In this document: one piece after another, positions 30,758 through 41,620 of the stretch
Position numbering within the stretch: position 1 is the first letter of the stretch
Layout of the letters: every line of letters begins with the position of its first letter
Assembly (NCBI GenBank): GCA_963759065.1
Contig: CAVWYA010000010.1
Location: 321,231-385,230, forward strand
DNA length: 64,000 nucleotides
Direction: 5' to 3'
Source: an uncultured Actinomycetota bacterium
GTDB lineage: Bacteria > Actinomycetota > Actinomycetes > Propionibacteriales > Nocardioidaceae
The notes under the pieces: model-generated
The model's database searches: none
What the model saw: the letters and a program-made list of their open reading frames with translations, nothing else
Told to the model about the DNA's origin: nothing
Program-made: the position numbers and the translations under genes

Positions 30758-31561
30758 GTGCGCACTCGCGGCGTACTCATGACCCTTCTCGTCGCGGCCC
30801 TCCTCGCGCTGGCCGCCTGTGGTGGCGACGACGAGGGGGACGTCGACGCCAAGCAGGCCGACTCGGTGGAGGCACCGCAGCTCGGTGCCTGCCGCGTCCT
30901 GACGCCCGCGGACGTCGCGCTGCCGAGCAACGCGACCAAGGTCGTGGACTGCTCGGACGAGCACACCGCCGAGACCTTCGGCGTGGGCGACCTGCCGCCC
31001 GAGCTCACGGACGCCGAGTACGACGCGCAGGAGCTGGGCGCGTTCGCCTACCGGACCTGCTCGGCGAAGTTCCAGGAGTTCCTCGGCGCCGACGAGAGCA
31101 CGGTGATGCGCACGATCGTCAGCTGGGCGTGGTTCCGGCCGTCGGAGACGGCGTGGGACAAGGGCGCGCGGTGGTACCGCTGCGACGTCATCGGAGGCGG
31201 TGAGGAGAGCGACGAGTACGCCGAGCTCCCGCCCACGGCGGCCGGGCTGCTGGCGCAGCAGCCGACCGACGACGACTGGATGGTCTGCGTCAACGGGCCG
31301 TCCGTCCAGGGCGCCCCGAAGATCCCCTGCAGCCAGAAGCACAACTGGCGCGCGGTCACCACGATCAAGGTGGGCGACCCCGATGACCCCTACCCGGGCG
31401 ACCGGTTGGTCGAGGTGACGACCCGCGACTACTGCTCCCGGTCGGTCGGAGCCTGGCTCGGCTACCCGCCGGCGTACGACTTCGGCTACACGTGGTTCCA
31501 CGAGGGTGAGTGGAAGGCGGGCAACCGCCGGTCCGTCTGCTGGGCGGCGACGACAGCATGA
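30758..31561 (+). CDS. Septum-formation-domain lipoprotein
   Basis: Lipobox LAA-C, VDCSDEHTAET, W..GARWYRCDV, W..GNRRSVCW. Confidence 0.8.
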   Translation: MRTRGVLMTLLVAALLALAACGGDDEGDVDAKQADSVEAPQLGACRVLTPADVALPSNATKVVDCSDEHTAETFGVGDLPPELTDAEYDAQELGAFAYRTCSAKFQEFLGADESTVMRTIVSWAWFRPSETAWDKGARWYRCDVIGGGEESDEYAELPPTAAGLLAQQPTDDDWMVCVNGPSVQGAPKIPCSQKHNWRAVTTIKVGDPDDPYPGDRLVEVTTRDYCSRSVGAWLGYPPAYDFGYTWFHEGEWKAGNRRSVCWAATTA

Positions 31562-32394
31562 GGCGGCTCGCGATCGTGGTCGTCGCGGTGCTCGCCCTCG
31601 CAGCGTGCACGTCGGACGAGGAGAAGCCGACCGCCGAGCCCTCGACGACACCGTCCGCGACGCCGCTGGCCACGCCCGCCCCACCGCCTCCGCCGCCGGC
31701 CCTCGGCGCCTGCTACCGGCTGTCGTACGCCGAGGCGGTCGCGCCGACCAGCGAGGACGGCCCCGCCTCGTGCGACAAGGGGCACACCACCCAGACCTTC
31801 GCGGTCGGCGAGCTCGACCTGGTGGCCAACGGCCACCTGCTCGCGGTCGACTCCGAGGCGGTCCGCAACCAGGTGGCGCGCCGCTGCCCGGCCCAGCTCG
31901 GGGCGTACGTCGGGGCCACCGACGAGCAGCTGCGCCTCTCGATGCTGCGGCCGGTGTGGTTCACGCCGACCATCGAGCAGTCCGACGCGGGTGCGTCGTG
32001 GTACCGCTGCGACGTCATCGCCGTCTCCGGGGACAAGACGGTCGCCAAGATCGACCACAACATCTTCGAGTCGCTCAAGAGCCCCGAGGGGCGCGGCGAG
32101 TTCGCGATGTGCGGCACCGCCCAGCCCGGCACCGCGGCCTTCAGCCGGGTGCTCTGCCGCGACGACCACAGCTGGAAGGCGATCTCGGTCATCGACCTCT
32201 CCGACAGGTCCGACGACGGCCGCTACCCGGGCACCGAGGCGGTCAGGAACGCCGGCCAGGACCCGTGCGCGGCCGCCGCCCGCGCGATCGCCTCCGACGC
32301 GCTCGACTACGAGTGGGGCTACGAGTGGCCGACCAAGGACCTGTGGCAGACCGGCCAGACCTACGGCAGGTGCTGGTCACCGGACCCGGCGTGA
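31558..32394 (+). CDS. Septum-formation-domain lipoprotein (tandem paralog)
   Basis: Lipobox LAA-C, SCDKGHTTQT, GASWYRCDV, W..GQTYGRCW; ATGA overlap with the previous gene. Confidence 0.8.
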   Translation: MRRLAIVVVAVLALAACTSDEEKPTAEPSTTPSATPLATPAPPPPPPALGACYRLSYAEAVAPTSEDGPASCDKGHTTQTFAVGELDLVANGHLLAVDSEAVRNQVARRCPAQLGAYVGATDEQLRLSMLRPVWFTPTIEQSDAGASWYRCDVIAVSGDKTVAKIDHNIFESLKSPEGRGEFAMCGTAQPGTAAFSRVLCRDDHSWKAISVIDLSDRSDDGRYPGTEAVRNAGQDPCAAAARAIASDALDYEWGYEWPTKDLWQTGQTYGRCWSPDPA

Positions 32395-32418
32395 CCCGAT
32401 GATCCGTACCCTGCGCAG

Positions 32419-33315
32419 GTGAGCTGGACCGAGAAGGACCTTCCCGACCTGAGTGGCAGGACCGCCGTCGTGACGGGAGCGAACTCCGGGATCGGGTTCC
32501 ACACCGCCAGGCACCTGGCCGGACATGGCGCCCACGTCGTGCTGGCCTGCCGGAACGTCGCGTCGGGCGCCGATGCCGCCGGCAGGATCTCCGGGTCGAC
32601 CGAGGTCGCCGAGCTGGACCTGGCCTCGCTGGAGTCGGTACGTCGCTTCGCCGAGAGCCTCGACCGTCCGGTCGACCTGCTGATCAACAACGCCGGGGTG
32701 ATGACGCCGCCCCGCTACCGCGAGACCACGGACGGCTTCGAGCTGCAGTACGGCACCAACCACCTGGGCCACGTCGCGCTCACCGCTCGGCTGCTCCCGC
32801 GCCTGCTCGCTGCCCCGGCCGCGCGCGTGGTCTCGGTGGCCTCCGTCGCCCATCACGCGGGCAACGAGTCGGTCCTGGATGGAAACCCCCGGTCGACGTA
32901 CAACCCGAACACGGCCTACGGCAACACCAAGCTCGCCAACCTCCTGTTCGCCCGCGAGCTCCAGAGGCGCGCCGCTGCCGCCGGCTCCAGCCTCACCGCG
33001 ACCGCCGCCCACCCGGGCGTCGCCGCGACAGGCCTGGTCAGCAGCCGCGACGGACTCGGCGCGATCGCGCCGATCCGCTGGACCGCGCCGATCTGGACGA
33101 AGGTCATCTTCCAGTCCGCGCTCAACGGCGCCCGGCCGGTGATGTACGCCGCCACGGCCGCCGAGCCGGGCTCCTACACTGGCAACACGTGGCTGGGCGA
33201 GTGGCGCGGCCCGGTCGGCCCGGCGAAGCTGTCGCGCTGGGCCCAGGACGACGCGCTCGCCGCGAAGCTCTGGGACCTCAGCGTCGATCAGGCCGGCGTG
33301 ACGTTCGACTTCTGA
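32419..33315 (+). CDS. Short-chain dehydrogenase/reductase
   Basis: TGANSGIG, NNAG, YGNTK (YxxxK), HPG. Confidence 0.93.
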   Translation: MSWTEKDLPDLSGRTAVVTGANSGIGFHTARHLAGHGAHVVLACRNVASGADAAGRISGSTEVAELDLASLESVRRFAESLDRPVDLLINNAGVMTPPRYRETTDGFELQYGTNHLGHVALTARLLPRLLAAPAARVVSVASVAHHAGNESVLDGNPRSTYNPNTAYGNTKLANLLFARELQRRAAAAGSSLTATAAHPGVAATGLVSSRDGLGAIAPIRWTAPIWTKVIFQSALNGARPVMYAATAAEPGSYTGNTWLGEWRGPVGPAKLSRWAQDDALAAKLWDLSVDQAGVTFDF

Positions 33316-33330
33316 GGCGTCCGAGCCGGG

Positions 33331-33422
33331 GAGTTTCGTCGGCCAGCCGACGAATCTCTTGCCTGGACGACGAAGTTTTGTCGTCCCACCGAGAGTTTCG
33401 TCGGCCAGCCGACGAAACTCTC
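33331..33422. repeat. Cluster of three hairpins between convergent genes (REP-like or bidirectional terminator)
   Basis: GAGTTTCGTCGG-CCAG-CCGACGAATCTC (33331-33358), GGACGAC-N8-GTCGTCC (33365-33386), perfect GAGAGTTTCGTCGG-CCAG-CCGACGAAACTCTC (33391-33422). Confidence 0.85.
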
Positions 33423-33427
33423 TCGTG

Positions 33428-33811
33428 TCAGGAGAACAGCTCCGCGGCCATCAGCTCGATCAGCTTGTTGAGCCCCTTGAAGGGCCGGACCATCACCGTG
33501 AACTCGACGAGCCTGCCCTCGTCGTTCCACTGCAGCATGTCGATGCCGTGGACGGTGAGCCCGTCGAGCTCGGCCTCGAACTCCAGGACCGCGTTGGTGT
33601 CGCCGTACCACTGCCGCTTGTAGTCCAGCGTCGGGCCGAGGACGACGACGGCCGCGGAGAGGTACGCCGTCGTGAGCTGCTTGCCCGCCTGGGGCGTGTG
33701 CACCGCGGGTGAGCGGAACACCACCTCGTCGGCCAGCAGGTCGGCGAGGCCGGCCGGGTCGCGGGAGGCGGCGATCGCGTGCCAGGCGGCGACCGGAGCG
33801 GGCACGTCCAT
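33428..33811 (-). CDS. NTF2/SnoaL-like protein
   Basis: LLADEVVFRSP, GIDML, FTVMVRP; TGATG coupling with era. Confidence 0.85.
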   Translation of the reverse strand: MDVPAPVAAWHAIAASRDPAGLADLLADEVVFRSPAVHTPQAGKQLTTAYLSAAVVVLGPTLDYKRQWYGDTNAVLEFEAELDGLTVHGIDMLQWNDEGRLVEFTVMVRPFKGLNKLIELMAAELFS

Positions 33812-34743
33812 CAGAACCCCAGCTTGCGCAGCTGTCGGGGGTCGCGCTGCCAGTCCTTGGCGATCTTCACGTGCAGGTCGAGGTAGACGGGCGTGCCGAG
33901 GAGCGCCTCGATGGACTTCCGCGCGCGGGTGCCGACGTCCTTGAGGCGGGCGCCCTTGTGGCCGATGACGATGCCCTTCTGGGAGTCGCGCTCGAGGTAG
34001 AGGTTCGCGTGGATGTCGAGCAACGGCCGGTCCGCGGGCCGGTCCTCGCGCGGCAGCATCTCCTCGACCACGACCGCGATGGAGTGCGGCAGCTCGTCGC
34101 GCACACCCTCGAGCGCGGCCTCGCGGATCAGCTCGGCCACCAGGATCTCCTCGGGAGCGTCGGTCAGGTCGCCGTCCGGGTAGAGCTGCGGTCCTTCCGG
34201 CAGCAGGCGGAGCAGCAGGTCCGCGAGCAGCTGGACCTGGTCGCCATTGACGGCCGAGACCGGCACGATCTCGGCCCACTCGGTGCCGGTCTCGGCTCCG
34301 AGTCGCTGGATGTCGAGCAGGTGCTGCCCGATGCGTTCCGGCGTGGCGAGGTCGGTCTTGGTGGCGACCGCGACCTTGGTCGTGCGCCGCACCTTGGACA
34401 TCTCGGTGACGATGAAACGGTCGCCCGGCCCGATCTTCTCGTTGCTCGGGAAGCACACTGCGACCACGTCGACCTCGCCCCAGGTGGTGCGGACCAGGTC
34501 GTTGAGCCGCTCGCCGAGGAGGGTGCGGGGCCGGTGCAGCCCGGGGGTGTCCACGAGCACCAGCTGCCCGTCGGGCCGGTGCACGATGCCGCGGACGACG
34601 GTGCGGGTGGTCTGCGGCTTGTCGGAGGTGATCACGATCTTCTGGCCGACCAGCGCGTTGGTGAGCGTCGACTTGCCGGCGTTGGGGCGGCCGACGAACG
34701 ACGCGAAGCCGGACCGGTAGCCCTCTGTCGTCGGCTGGCTCAT
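33811..34743 (-). CDS. era: GTPase Era
   Basis: GRPNAGKS, QTTR, DTPG, TKTD, KH domain GIVIGHKG. Confidence 0.97.
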   Translation of the reverse strand: MSQPTTEGYRSGFASFVGRPNAGKSTLTNALVGQKIVITSDKPQTTRTVVRGIVHRPDGQLVLVDTPGLHRPRTLLGERLNDLVRTTWGEVDVVAVCFPSNEKIGPGDRFIVTEMSKVRRTTKVAVATKTDLATPERIGQHLLDIQRLGAETGTEWAEIVPVSAVNGDQVQLLADLLLRLLPEGPQLYPDGDLTDAPEEILVAELIREAALEGVRDELPHSIAVVVEEMLPREDRPADRPLLDIHANLYLERDSQKGIVIGHKGARLKDVGTRARKSIEALLGTPVYLDLHVKIAKDWQRDPRQLRKLGF

Positions 34744-35513
34744 GCGCGGGCCTCGTCGGCTGTCTCTTCGTCGTAGGCGGCCCAGATCTGCTCGTCGGTG
34801 AGTCCCTTGGCCTTGCCGGCGCGCCAGATCGGACCCGGGTCGACCGCCCGCGGCTGGCGGCCCGCCGACGCGCGCCAGTAGCCCATCACGTCGTAGGCCG
34901 TGGCCGGCAGCTTGCGGTCGCGCATGAGGTGCTTGCGGATCGAGCGCATCTGCGCGGACTCGCCGGCCATCCAGAAGTAGCCGTCGCCCTCCGGCCAGGA
35001 GACGGACTCCACGACCTCGGCCAGCCGGCTGGTCCCTGATGCCTCGAGCCAGGTGACGTCCGCCGTGTCGGGGAGGTAGCCGGGCAGCGCGTCCGCCACC
35101 TCCGCCCAGATCCGGGTGGGCAGCTCGACGGACTCGGAGATCCGGGCCATCGCGGGCAGGCCGGTCAGATCGCCGACCAGCAGCAGCCACGCCGCGTCGG
35201 GCGGAGGGTCGAACGAGCCCTTCGGCTCGGTGATCGTCACGCTCGAGCCGACGCAGTCGTCACGCACCGCCCACTCGGTGACCAGCCCCTCGTCGTGCAG
35301 CACCACGTCGAGCACCAGCGACCCGTCGGCGTACGACCGCACCGTGTAGTAGCGGCTCTGGAACTGGCCCGGCACCACCAGCCCGACCCACTCGTCGGGG
35401 ATCCCGGTCGACTCGAACGTCGGGTCGACCGCGACGGTGAGCCGGACCAGGTGCGGCGACAGCTCGTCGCGGCGCTCGACGCGCGCGGCGTACTGGCTGG
35501 CCCGGGTGCTCAC
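34740..35513 (-). CDS. Siderophore-interacting (ViuB-like) FAD-binding protein
   Basis: RYYTVR, D.VLH..G..T.WA, GDLTGLPA, WMAGES, GYWR. Confidence 0.85.
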   Translation of the reverse strand: MSTRASQYAARVERRDELSPHLVRLTVAVDPTFESTGIPDEWVGLVVPGQFQSRYYTVRSYADGSLVLDVVLHDEGLVTEWAVRDDCVGSSVTITEPKGSFDPPPDAAWLLLVGDLTGLPAMARISESVELPTRIWAEVADALPGYLPDTADVTWLEASGTSRLAEVVESVSWPEGDGYFWMAGESAQMRSIRKHLMRDRKLPATAYDVMGYWRASAGRQPRAVDPGPIWRAGKAKGLTDEQIWAAYDEETADEARA

Positions 35514-35522
35514 CCGTTCACG

Positions 35523-36821
35523 TTAGTGGCCGGTGGTGGTCCAGCCGTGCCGCAGGGGGTAGCCGCTCTCGCCGTCGGCGTCGGTCTTGGTGGCCAGCAC
35601 GTGGTGGAGCTGGATCTCGTTGCGCTCGAACGCGATCCGCGACCCCGCCATGTAGAGGCCCCAGACGCGTGCCGTGCCCTCGCCGACCTCGTCGACGCAG
35701 GCGTCCCAGTTGTCGGCGAGGTTCTTGCACCAGCCGGCCAGGGTCTTGGCGTAGTGGACCCGGAAGTTCTCCTCGTGCTGGACCTCGAGACCGGCGTTCT
35801 GGATCTCGGTGATGATCTTGCCGCTGCCGATCAGCTCGCCGTCGGGGAAGACGTAGCGGTCGAGGAACTGCCCGGTCTCGCGCCAGCGGTTGTCGTGACG
35901 GGTGATGCAGTGGTTGAGCAGCCGGCCCTGGGGACGGAGGCGGTCCTTGATGAAGCCGAAGTAGGCCGGGTAGTTCTTGACGCCGACGTGCTCGGTCAGG
36001 CCGATCGAGGAGATCGCGTCGAAGTCGCGCTCCTCCACGTGCCGGTAGTCCATGTGCCGGACCTCGGCGAGGTGGTCGAGCCCCTCCTCCTTGATCCGCT
36101 GCTGTGCCCACGACGCCTGCTCGCGGGAGAGGGTGACCCCGAGCGTGTGCACGCCGTACTCGCGGGCCGCGTGGCGGACCATCCCGCCCCAGCCGCAGCC
36201 GACGTCGAGCAGTCGCTGGCCCTCCTGCAGGTCGAGCTTGCGGGCGACCAGGTCGTACTTCTCGGCCTGGGCCTCCTCGAGGGTGGCGTCCTCGGTGGGG
36301 AAGACGGCGCAGGTGTAGGTCATCGACGGGCCGAGGACGTACTCGTAGAACGTGTTGGAGACGTCGTAGTGGTGCTGGATCGCGACCGCGTCGCGGCCGA
36401 GCGAGTGGCGGAGGCCTTCGAACGTACGGCGCAGCCTCGACGGCGCCTCCTGCGGCGGCGGGGCCGGCGGCCGCAGGTGGGACAGCCCGAGCGAGCGGAG
36501 CAGGTTGACGGCCTCGACCGGCGACGGACGCCGGAACGACAGCTTGCTCGCGATCAGCCTGAACACTTCGTACGGGTCGCCCTTCGGCGCACCGAGGACC
36601 TCCAGGTCGCCAGCCACGTAGGCCCGGCCGAAGCCGAGGTCGCCGGGCGCGGTGAGGATGTAGTTGAGCCCGCGCTCGGTGGCCAGGTGGATGCCGTAGG
36701 GCGAGTCCTCCGGGCCGGTCGCGCTGCCGTCGTAGGCGGTGAAGCGCAGAGGCAGCGGCTCCTTCAGCATCGAGTTCAGCGCCTCGGCGATGGAGAGCTT
36801 GTTGAGGGTGAGGGTCGTCAT
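35523..36821 (-). CDS. Cfa-like SAM-dependent fatty-acyl methyltransferase (TmsB/Rv3720-like)
   Basis: HHYDVSN, MTYTCA, LDVGCGWG, SIG..EHVG, YVFPDG. Confidence 0.9.
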   Translation of the reverse strand: MTTLTLNKLSIAEALNSMLKEPLPLRFTAYDGSATGPEDSPYGIHLATERGLNYILTAPGDLGFGRAYVAGDLEVLGAPKGDPYEVFRLIASKLSFRRPSPVEAVNLLRSLGLSHLRPPAPPPQEAPSRLRRTFEGLRHSLGRDAVAIQHHYDVSNTFYEYVLGPSMTYTCAVFPTEDATLEEAQAEKYDLVARKLDLQEGQRLLDVGCGWGGMVRHAAREYGVHTLGVTLSREQASWAQQRIKEEGLDHLAEVRHMDYRHVEERDFDAISSIGLTEHVGVKNYPAYFGFIKDRLRPQGRLLNHCITRHDNRWRETGQFLDRYVFPDGELIGSGKIITEIQNAGLEVQHEENFRVHYAKTLAGWCKNLADNWDACVDEVGEGTARVWGLYMAGSRIAFERNEIQLHHVLATKTDADGESGYPLRHGWTTTGH

Positions 36822-38245
36822 CGGTCTCGTACCGCCTTGTCGTAGAGGCTCAGCAGCCTGTCTTCAGGGTCGTAGCGCTGCTTGACGGCACCCAGGTGGG
36901 GTCCGTCGTACAGGTGGTCGAACGTCTCGCGGTCGTAGAAGGCCTCGGAGTAGAGCGACTTGTGCCCGCCCAGCTCTGCCACCTTGGCCTCGATCGCACG
37001 GTTGAGTGGGGCGTCAGGCGCCTCCGGCCCCACGTGAACGGTCCCCCAGAAACCGACGTTGACGTAGGTCGTGCCGGGGTGGAGCGGGTAGGTCGGCCAC
37101 TGGGCGCCGGTGCTGGTGCCGGGGCTGACCAGCGGGCACAGCCACACCGGTCGCATCCCGACCTCGGCGTCGAACCAGGCCAGGAACTCCTCGAGCCGCT
37201 CGACGGGGATCTCGACGTCCTGGACCACCTGCTCGCGCAGCGCCCGTCCCTTGCGGCGGTCGATGAAGTCCATGAAGCCGGTGCGGTGGTTGAGGCCGAT
37301 CAGGCGGTGGTAGACGTCGCTGCGCCGCCAGCGCTTCGGCCAGAGCCTCCGGACGGTGGGGTTCTGGACGCCGAACGCCCCCGAGCACCAGAACCAGTCG
37401 GTGTCCCAGCGCCACAGGTAGTCGTGGGTCGTCAGCAGGTCGGTCTCGCGCTGCTGGATCGAGCGGTAGTAGATCTGCTGGCCGGTGTAGTCGCTGGTGC
37501 CGTCCAGCGACTTCGGCCGGCTGCCGACGGGGGTCTCGTCGCCCGCCTCGGCGCTGACCCAGCGGGCCAGGGTGAGGTAGTACTCCCCCGGCTGGAACGC
37601 CACGCCATCGAGCCCGTCGACCTGGAGCCCGTCGTGCTGCCTGGTCTCGACGATCTCCGCGATCGTCTTGGAGAGCAGCCCGGCGTCGTCGAAGCGCACG
37701 TGGCGCAGCTCGACCCGGTCGGGCACCCGCTCCAGCTTGATGCGGATCCGGGTCGCGTAGCCAAGCGAGCCGTAGGAGTTGGGGAACGTGTCGAAGAGGT
37801 CACTGTGCTCGTCGGGGGCGGGCCTGGTGGTCACCACCGCACCGGAGCCGGTGAAGACATCCATCTCCTCGACCGAGTCGTGCGGCAGCCCGCTGCGGAA
37901 GCTCGTCGACTCGATCCCGAGCCCGGTCACGGCGCCGCCGAGCGTGATGGTCTTGAGCTGCGGCACGACGTAGGGGATCAGGCCGTGGGGCAGGGTCGCG
38001 TCGACGAGGTGCTCGTAGGTGCACATACCCTGCACCTCGGCGGTCTGGCTCTTCGCGTCCACCTCGATGACACCGTCGAGGGCGCTCACGTCGAGGCCGG
38101 GGGTGCCGTTCTTCGCCCTGGGCCGGAACAGGTTGGAGGTCTTCTTGGCCAGGCGGACCGGCTGTCCCGCCGGGATGGCGTCGTACGACGCCTTGAGCCG
38201 GGCCACCGCTTCCTCGTGGCGCGCCCAAGCGCTCCCCTCACTCAC
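36818..38245 (-). CDS. FAD-binding oxidoreductase (TmsA/Rv3719-like)
   Basis: KKTSNLFR, VVPQLKTITLGGA..G.GIES, NSYGSLG, HKSLYS. Confidence 0.88.
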   Translation of the reverse strand: MSEGSAWARHEEAVARLKASYDAIPAGQPVRLAKKTSNLFRPRAKNGTPGLDVSALDGVIEVDAKSQTAEVQGMCTYEHLVDATLPHGLIPYVVPQLKTITLGGAVTGLGIESTSFRSGLPHDSVEEMDVFTGSGAVVTTRPAPDEHSDLFDTFPNSYGSLGYATRIRIKLERVPDRVELRHVRFDDAGLLSKTIAEIVETRQHDGLQVDGLDGVAFQPGEYYLTLARWVSAEAGDETPVGSRPKSLDGTSDYTGQQIYYRSIQQRETDLLTTHDYLWRWDTDWFWCSGAFGVQNPTVRRLWPKRWRRSDVYHRLIGLNHRTGFMDFIDRRKGRALREQVVQDVEIPVERLEEFLAWFDAEVGMRPVWLCPLVSPGTSTGAQWPTYPLHPGTTYVNVGFWGTVHVGPEAPDAPLNRAIEAKVAELGGHKSLYSEAFYDRETFDHLYDGPHLGAVKQRYDPEDRLLSLYDKAVRDR

Positions 38246-38454
38246 CCGATGGAGGTTACTCCCGAGTCGCGACCTCCGGTTGAGGGGTGGCTGTGAAGCG
38301 CGGTGAACGCTCTGGTGTGCCCGCGCGCCTACCCGATCGCGTCTCGCCCGACCGGTGCGGGACGTCATCCCGATCGTGGACCCGTCTGCTCGAAACGCAT
38401 GACGTTGTGGCGGCCGCGGTCTGCTACGCGCGCGGCCGCCCACCCAAGAGACGG

Positions 38455-38796
38455 TCAGGTGGTCGTCGAGCTCGAGATGATGCCGCGGGGGTCACCGACG
38501 TGCACGGGCACGCCCTCGCCAGCGAAGTCGCGAAGGACATCGAGGTCCAGCGGCGAGACCTGCTCCTGGTCGGTGAGCAGCACCGCGGCCTCGAGCCCGC
38601 GGGAGCCCGACGAGACCGCCATCGCGACGCAGACCCCGAGCGCGGAGACCTGGAGCGAGGGCAGCGCGACGGTGGCGGCGGCGTAGGTGCGGCCGTCGGA
38701 GTCGCGGACCGCGGCACCCTCCGGCCCGCCGGTGCGGCCGCGGGTGGTGCGCGCGAGCGTGACCAGCTTCTGGTCCTCGGGAGACAGCTCAGTCAC
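38455..38796 (-). CDS. Cytidine-deaminase-fold protein lacking catalytic motifs
   Basis: GAAVRDSDGRTY matches the CDA N-terminus, but there is no [HC]AE or PCxxC. Confidence 0.7.
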   Translation of the reverse strand: MTELSPEDQKLVTLARTTRGRTGGPEGAAVRDSDGRTYAAATVALPSLQVSALGVCVAMAVSSGSRGLEAAVLLTDQEQVSPLDLDVLRDFAGEGVPVHVGDPRGIISSSTTT

Positions 38797-40105
38797 GGAC
38801 GGACTCCTTGGGAGCGGATCTGGCTGGTACGTCGCCAGAGGTGTCGTCGTGGTCCGGCTCGACGCGGGCGATGCGGACCGTGCCGATCTTGTTGCGGCGG
38901 CCGGCGGTCTCCTCGGCGGTGAACCGCAGACCGTGCGCGATCACCTGCGAGCCGGGGATCGGCACCAGGCCGAGGTGCTTGGCCATCAGGCCGCCGACGG
39001 AGTCGACGTCCTCCTCCTCGACGTGGAAGCCGAACAGCTCGTCGAGGTCGTCGGTGGGGTAGCGCGAGGAGACCCGCACCGAGCCGTCGTCGAGGGTCTC
39101 GGTGGTGATCTCGTCGACGTCGTACTCGTCGGTGATCTCGCCGACGATCTCCTCGAGCAGGTCCTCGATGGTGACCAGGCCGGCGGTGCCGCCGTACTCG
39201 TCGACCACGATCGCGAGGTGCTGGCTCCGCGCCTGCATCTCGCGGAGCAGCGCGTCGACCGGTTTGGACTCGGGCACCCAGTAGACCTCGCGCATCACCT
39301 CGTCGATGCGCTGGGTGAACTCCACGTCGGGCGCCTCGAAGTCGCGGCGGACGATGTCCTTGAGGTAGGCGAAGCCGACGATGTGGTCGAGGTTGTCCTC
39401 GATCACGGGCACCCGAGAGAACCCGCTGCGGAGGAACAGCGACATGGTCTGGCGGAGGTTCTTGTGCCGCTCGACGAAGACCACGTCGTTGCGCGGCACC
39501 ATCACCTCGCGGACCGTGGTGTCGCCCAGCTCGAAGACCGAGTGGATCATCTTGCGCTCGCCGGACTCGATCAGCGCCGACGCCTCGGCGATGTCGACCA
39601 GCTCGCGCAGCTCGGTCTCGGTGTTGAACGGGCCCTCGCGGAACCCCTTGCCGGGGGTCAGCATGTTGCCGATCAGGATCAGCAGCCGCGGGATCGGCCC
39701 GAGCACCGAGGTCACCCAGCTCAGCGGCGCGGCGGACCAGAGCGCGACCCGCTCGTTGTGCTGCCGGCCGAGCGTGCGCGGCGCGACGCCGATGGCGACG
39801 AACGACACGACCAGCATCACGCCGATCGTGGTGAGGGCGCTCGGGAGCCAGCGGCCGTCGTACGCCCTGGAGATCTCGCGGGTCACGATCACGATCGCAG
39901 AGATCTCGCAGAGGAGGCGCAGCAGGATCGCGGTGTTGAGGTACGGCGCCGGGTCGGCCAGCATCGTCACGAGACGGCGGGAGCCGGCCTGGCCCTCGGC
40001 CTGCAGCTCCTCCGCGCGGGCGCGCGAGAACGACGTCAGGGCGGCGTCGGCCGCGGAGAACAGACCGGCCAGCAGCACCAGCGCGGCGGCCAGGACGATG
40101 ATCAT
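38789..40105 (-). CDS. Hemolysin/CNNM family protein (CNNM-CBS-CorC)
   Basis: TM region, VREVMVPR, FSRVPV, VVDEYGGTAGLVTIEDLLEEIVGEI. Confidence 0.92.
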   Translation of the reverse strand: MIIVLAAALVLLAGLFSAADAALTSFSRARAEELQAEGQAGSRRLVTMLADPAPYLNTAILLRLLCEISAIVIVTREISRAYDGRWLPSALTTIGVMLVVSFVAIGVAPRTLGRQHNERVALWSAAPLSWVTSVLGPIPRLLILIGNMLTPGKGFREGPFNTETELRELVDIAEASALIESGERKMIHSVFELGDTTVREVMVPRNDVVFVERHKNLRQTMSLFLRSGFSRVPVIEDNLDHIVGFAYLKDIVRRDFEAPDVEFTQRIDEVMREVYWVPESKPVDALLREMQARSQHLAIVVDEYGGTAGLVTIEDLLEEIVGEITDEYDVDEITTETLDDGSVRVSSRYPTDDLDELFGFHVEEEDVDSVGGLMAKHLGLVPIPGSQVIAHGLRFTAEETAGRRNKIGTVRIARVEPDHDDTSGDVPARSAPKESVRD

Positions 40106-40122
40106 GATCGGGTCAGCGTCCG

Positions 40123-40572
40123 TCAGCTACTTCGCCATGCGGCGAGGAGCTCGTCCTGGAGGCCGAACATCTCCTTGTGCTCCTCCGGCTCGGCGTGGTC
40201 GTAACCGAGGAGGTGCAGGATCCCGTGGACGGCGAGCAGCTCGAGCTCGGCGTCGGTCGAGTGGCCGGCCGTGACCGCCTGGCGCTGCGCGACGACCGGG
40301 CAGAGCATCAGGTCGCCGAGGATGCCCTCCTCCGGGTCCTCGTTGACCAGGCCGGGGCGTAGCTCGTCCATCGGGAACGCGAGCACGTCGGTCGGCCCCT
40401 CGCCCTCCATCCACTTGCCGTTGAGCTCGGCCATGGTGTCCTCGTCGACGGCCTTGATGCAGAGCTCGGCGAGCGGGTGGACCCGCATCCGGTCGAGCAC
40501 GAACCGGCTCAGCCCCACCAGGTGGTCGACGTCCAGCGCCTCGCCGGACTCGTTGAGCACCTCGATGCTCAC
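40123..40572 (-). CDS. ybeY: rRNA maturation RNase YbeY
   Basis: [23 protein letters not shown]. Confidence 0.95.
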   Translation of the reverse strand: MSIEVLNESGEALDVDHLVGLSRFVLDRMRVHPLAELCIKAVDEDTMAELNGKWMEGEGPTDVLAFPMDELRPGLVNEDPEEGILGDLMLCPVVAQRQAVTAGHSTDAELELLAVHGILHLLGYDHAEPEEHKEMFGLQDELLAAWRSS

Positions 40573-40582
40573 CGATGCTCGC

Positions 40583-41620
<1,038 letters not shown>

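Noticed and set aside
38246-38454. Structured ncRNA in the 200-bp gap before the FAD oxidoreductase
   Set aside because: Only a GC hairpin near 38408-38444 (possible terminator) is visible; no recognisable RNA family.
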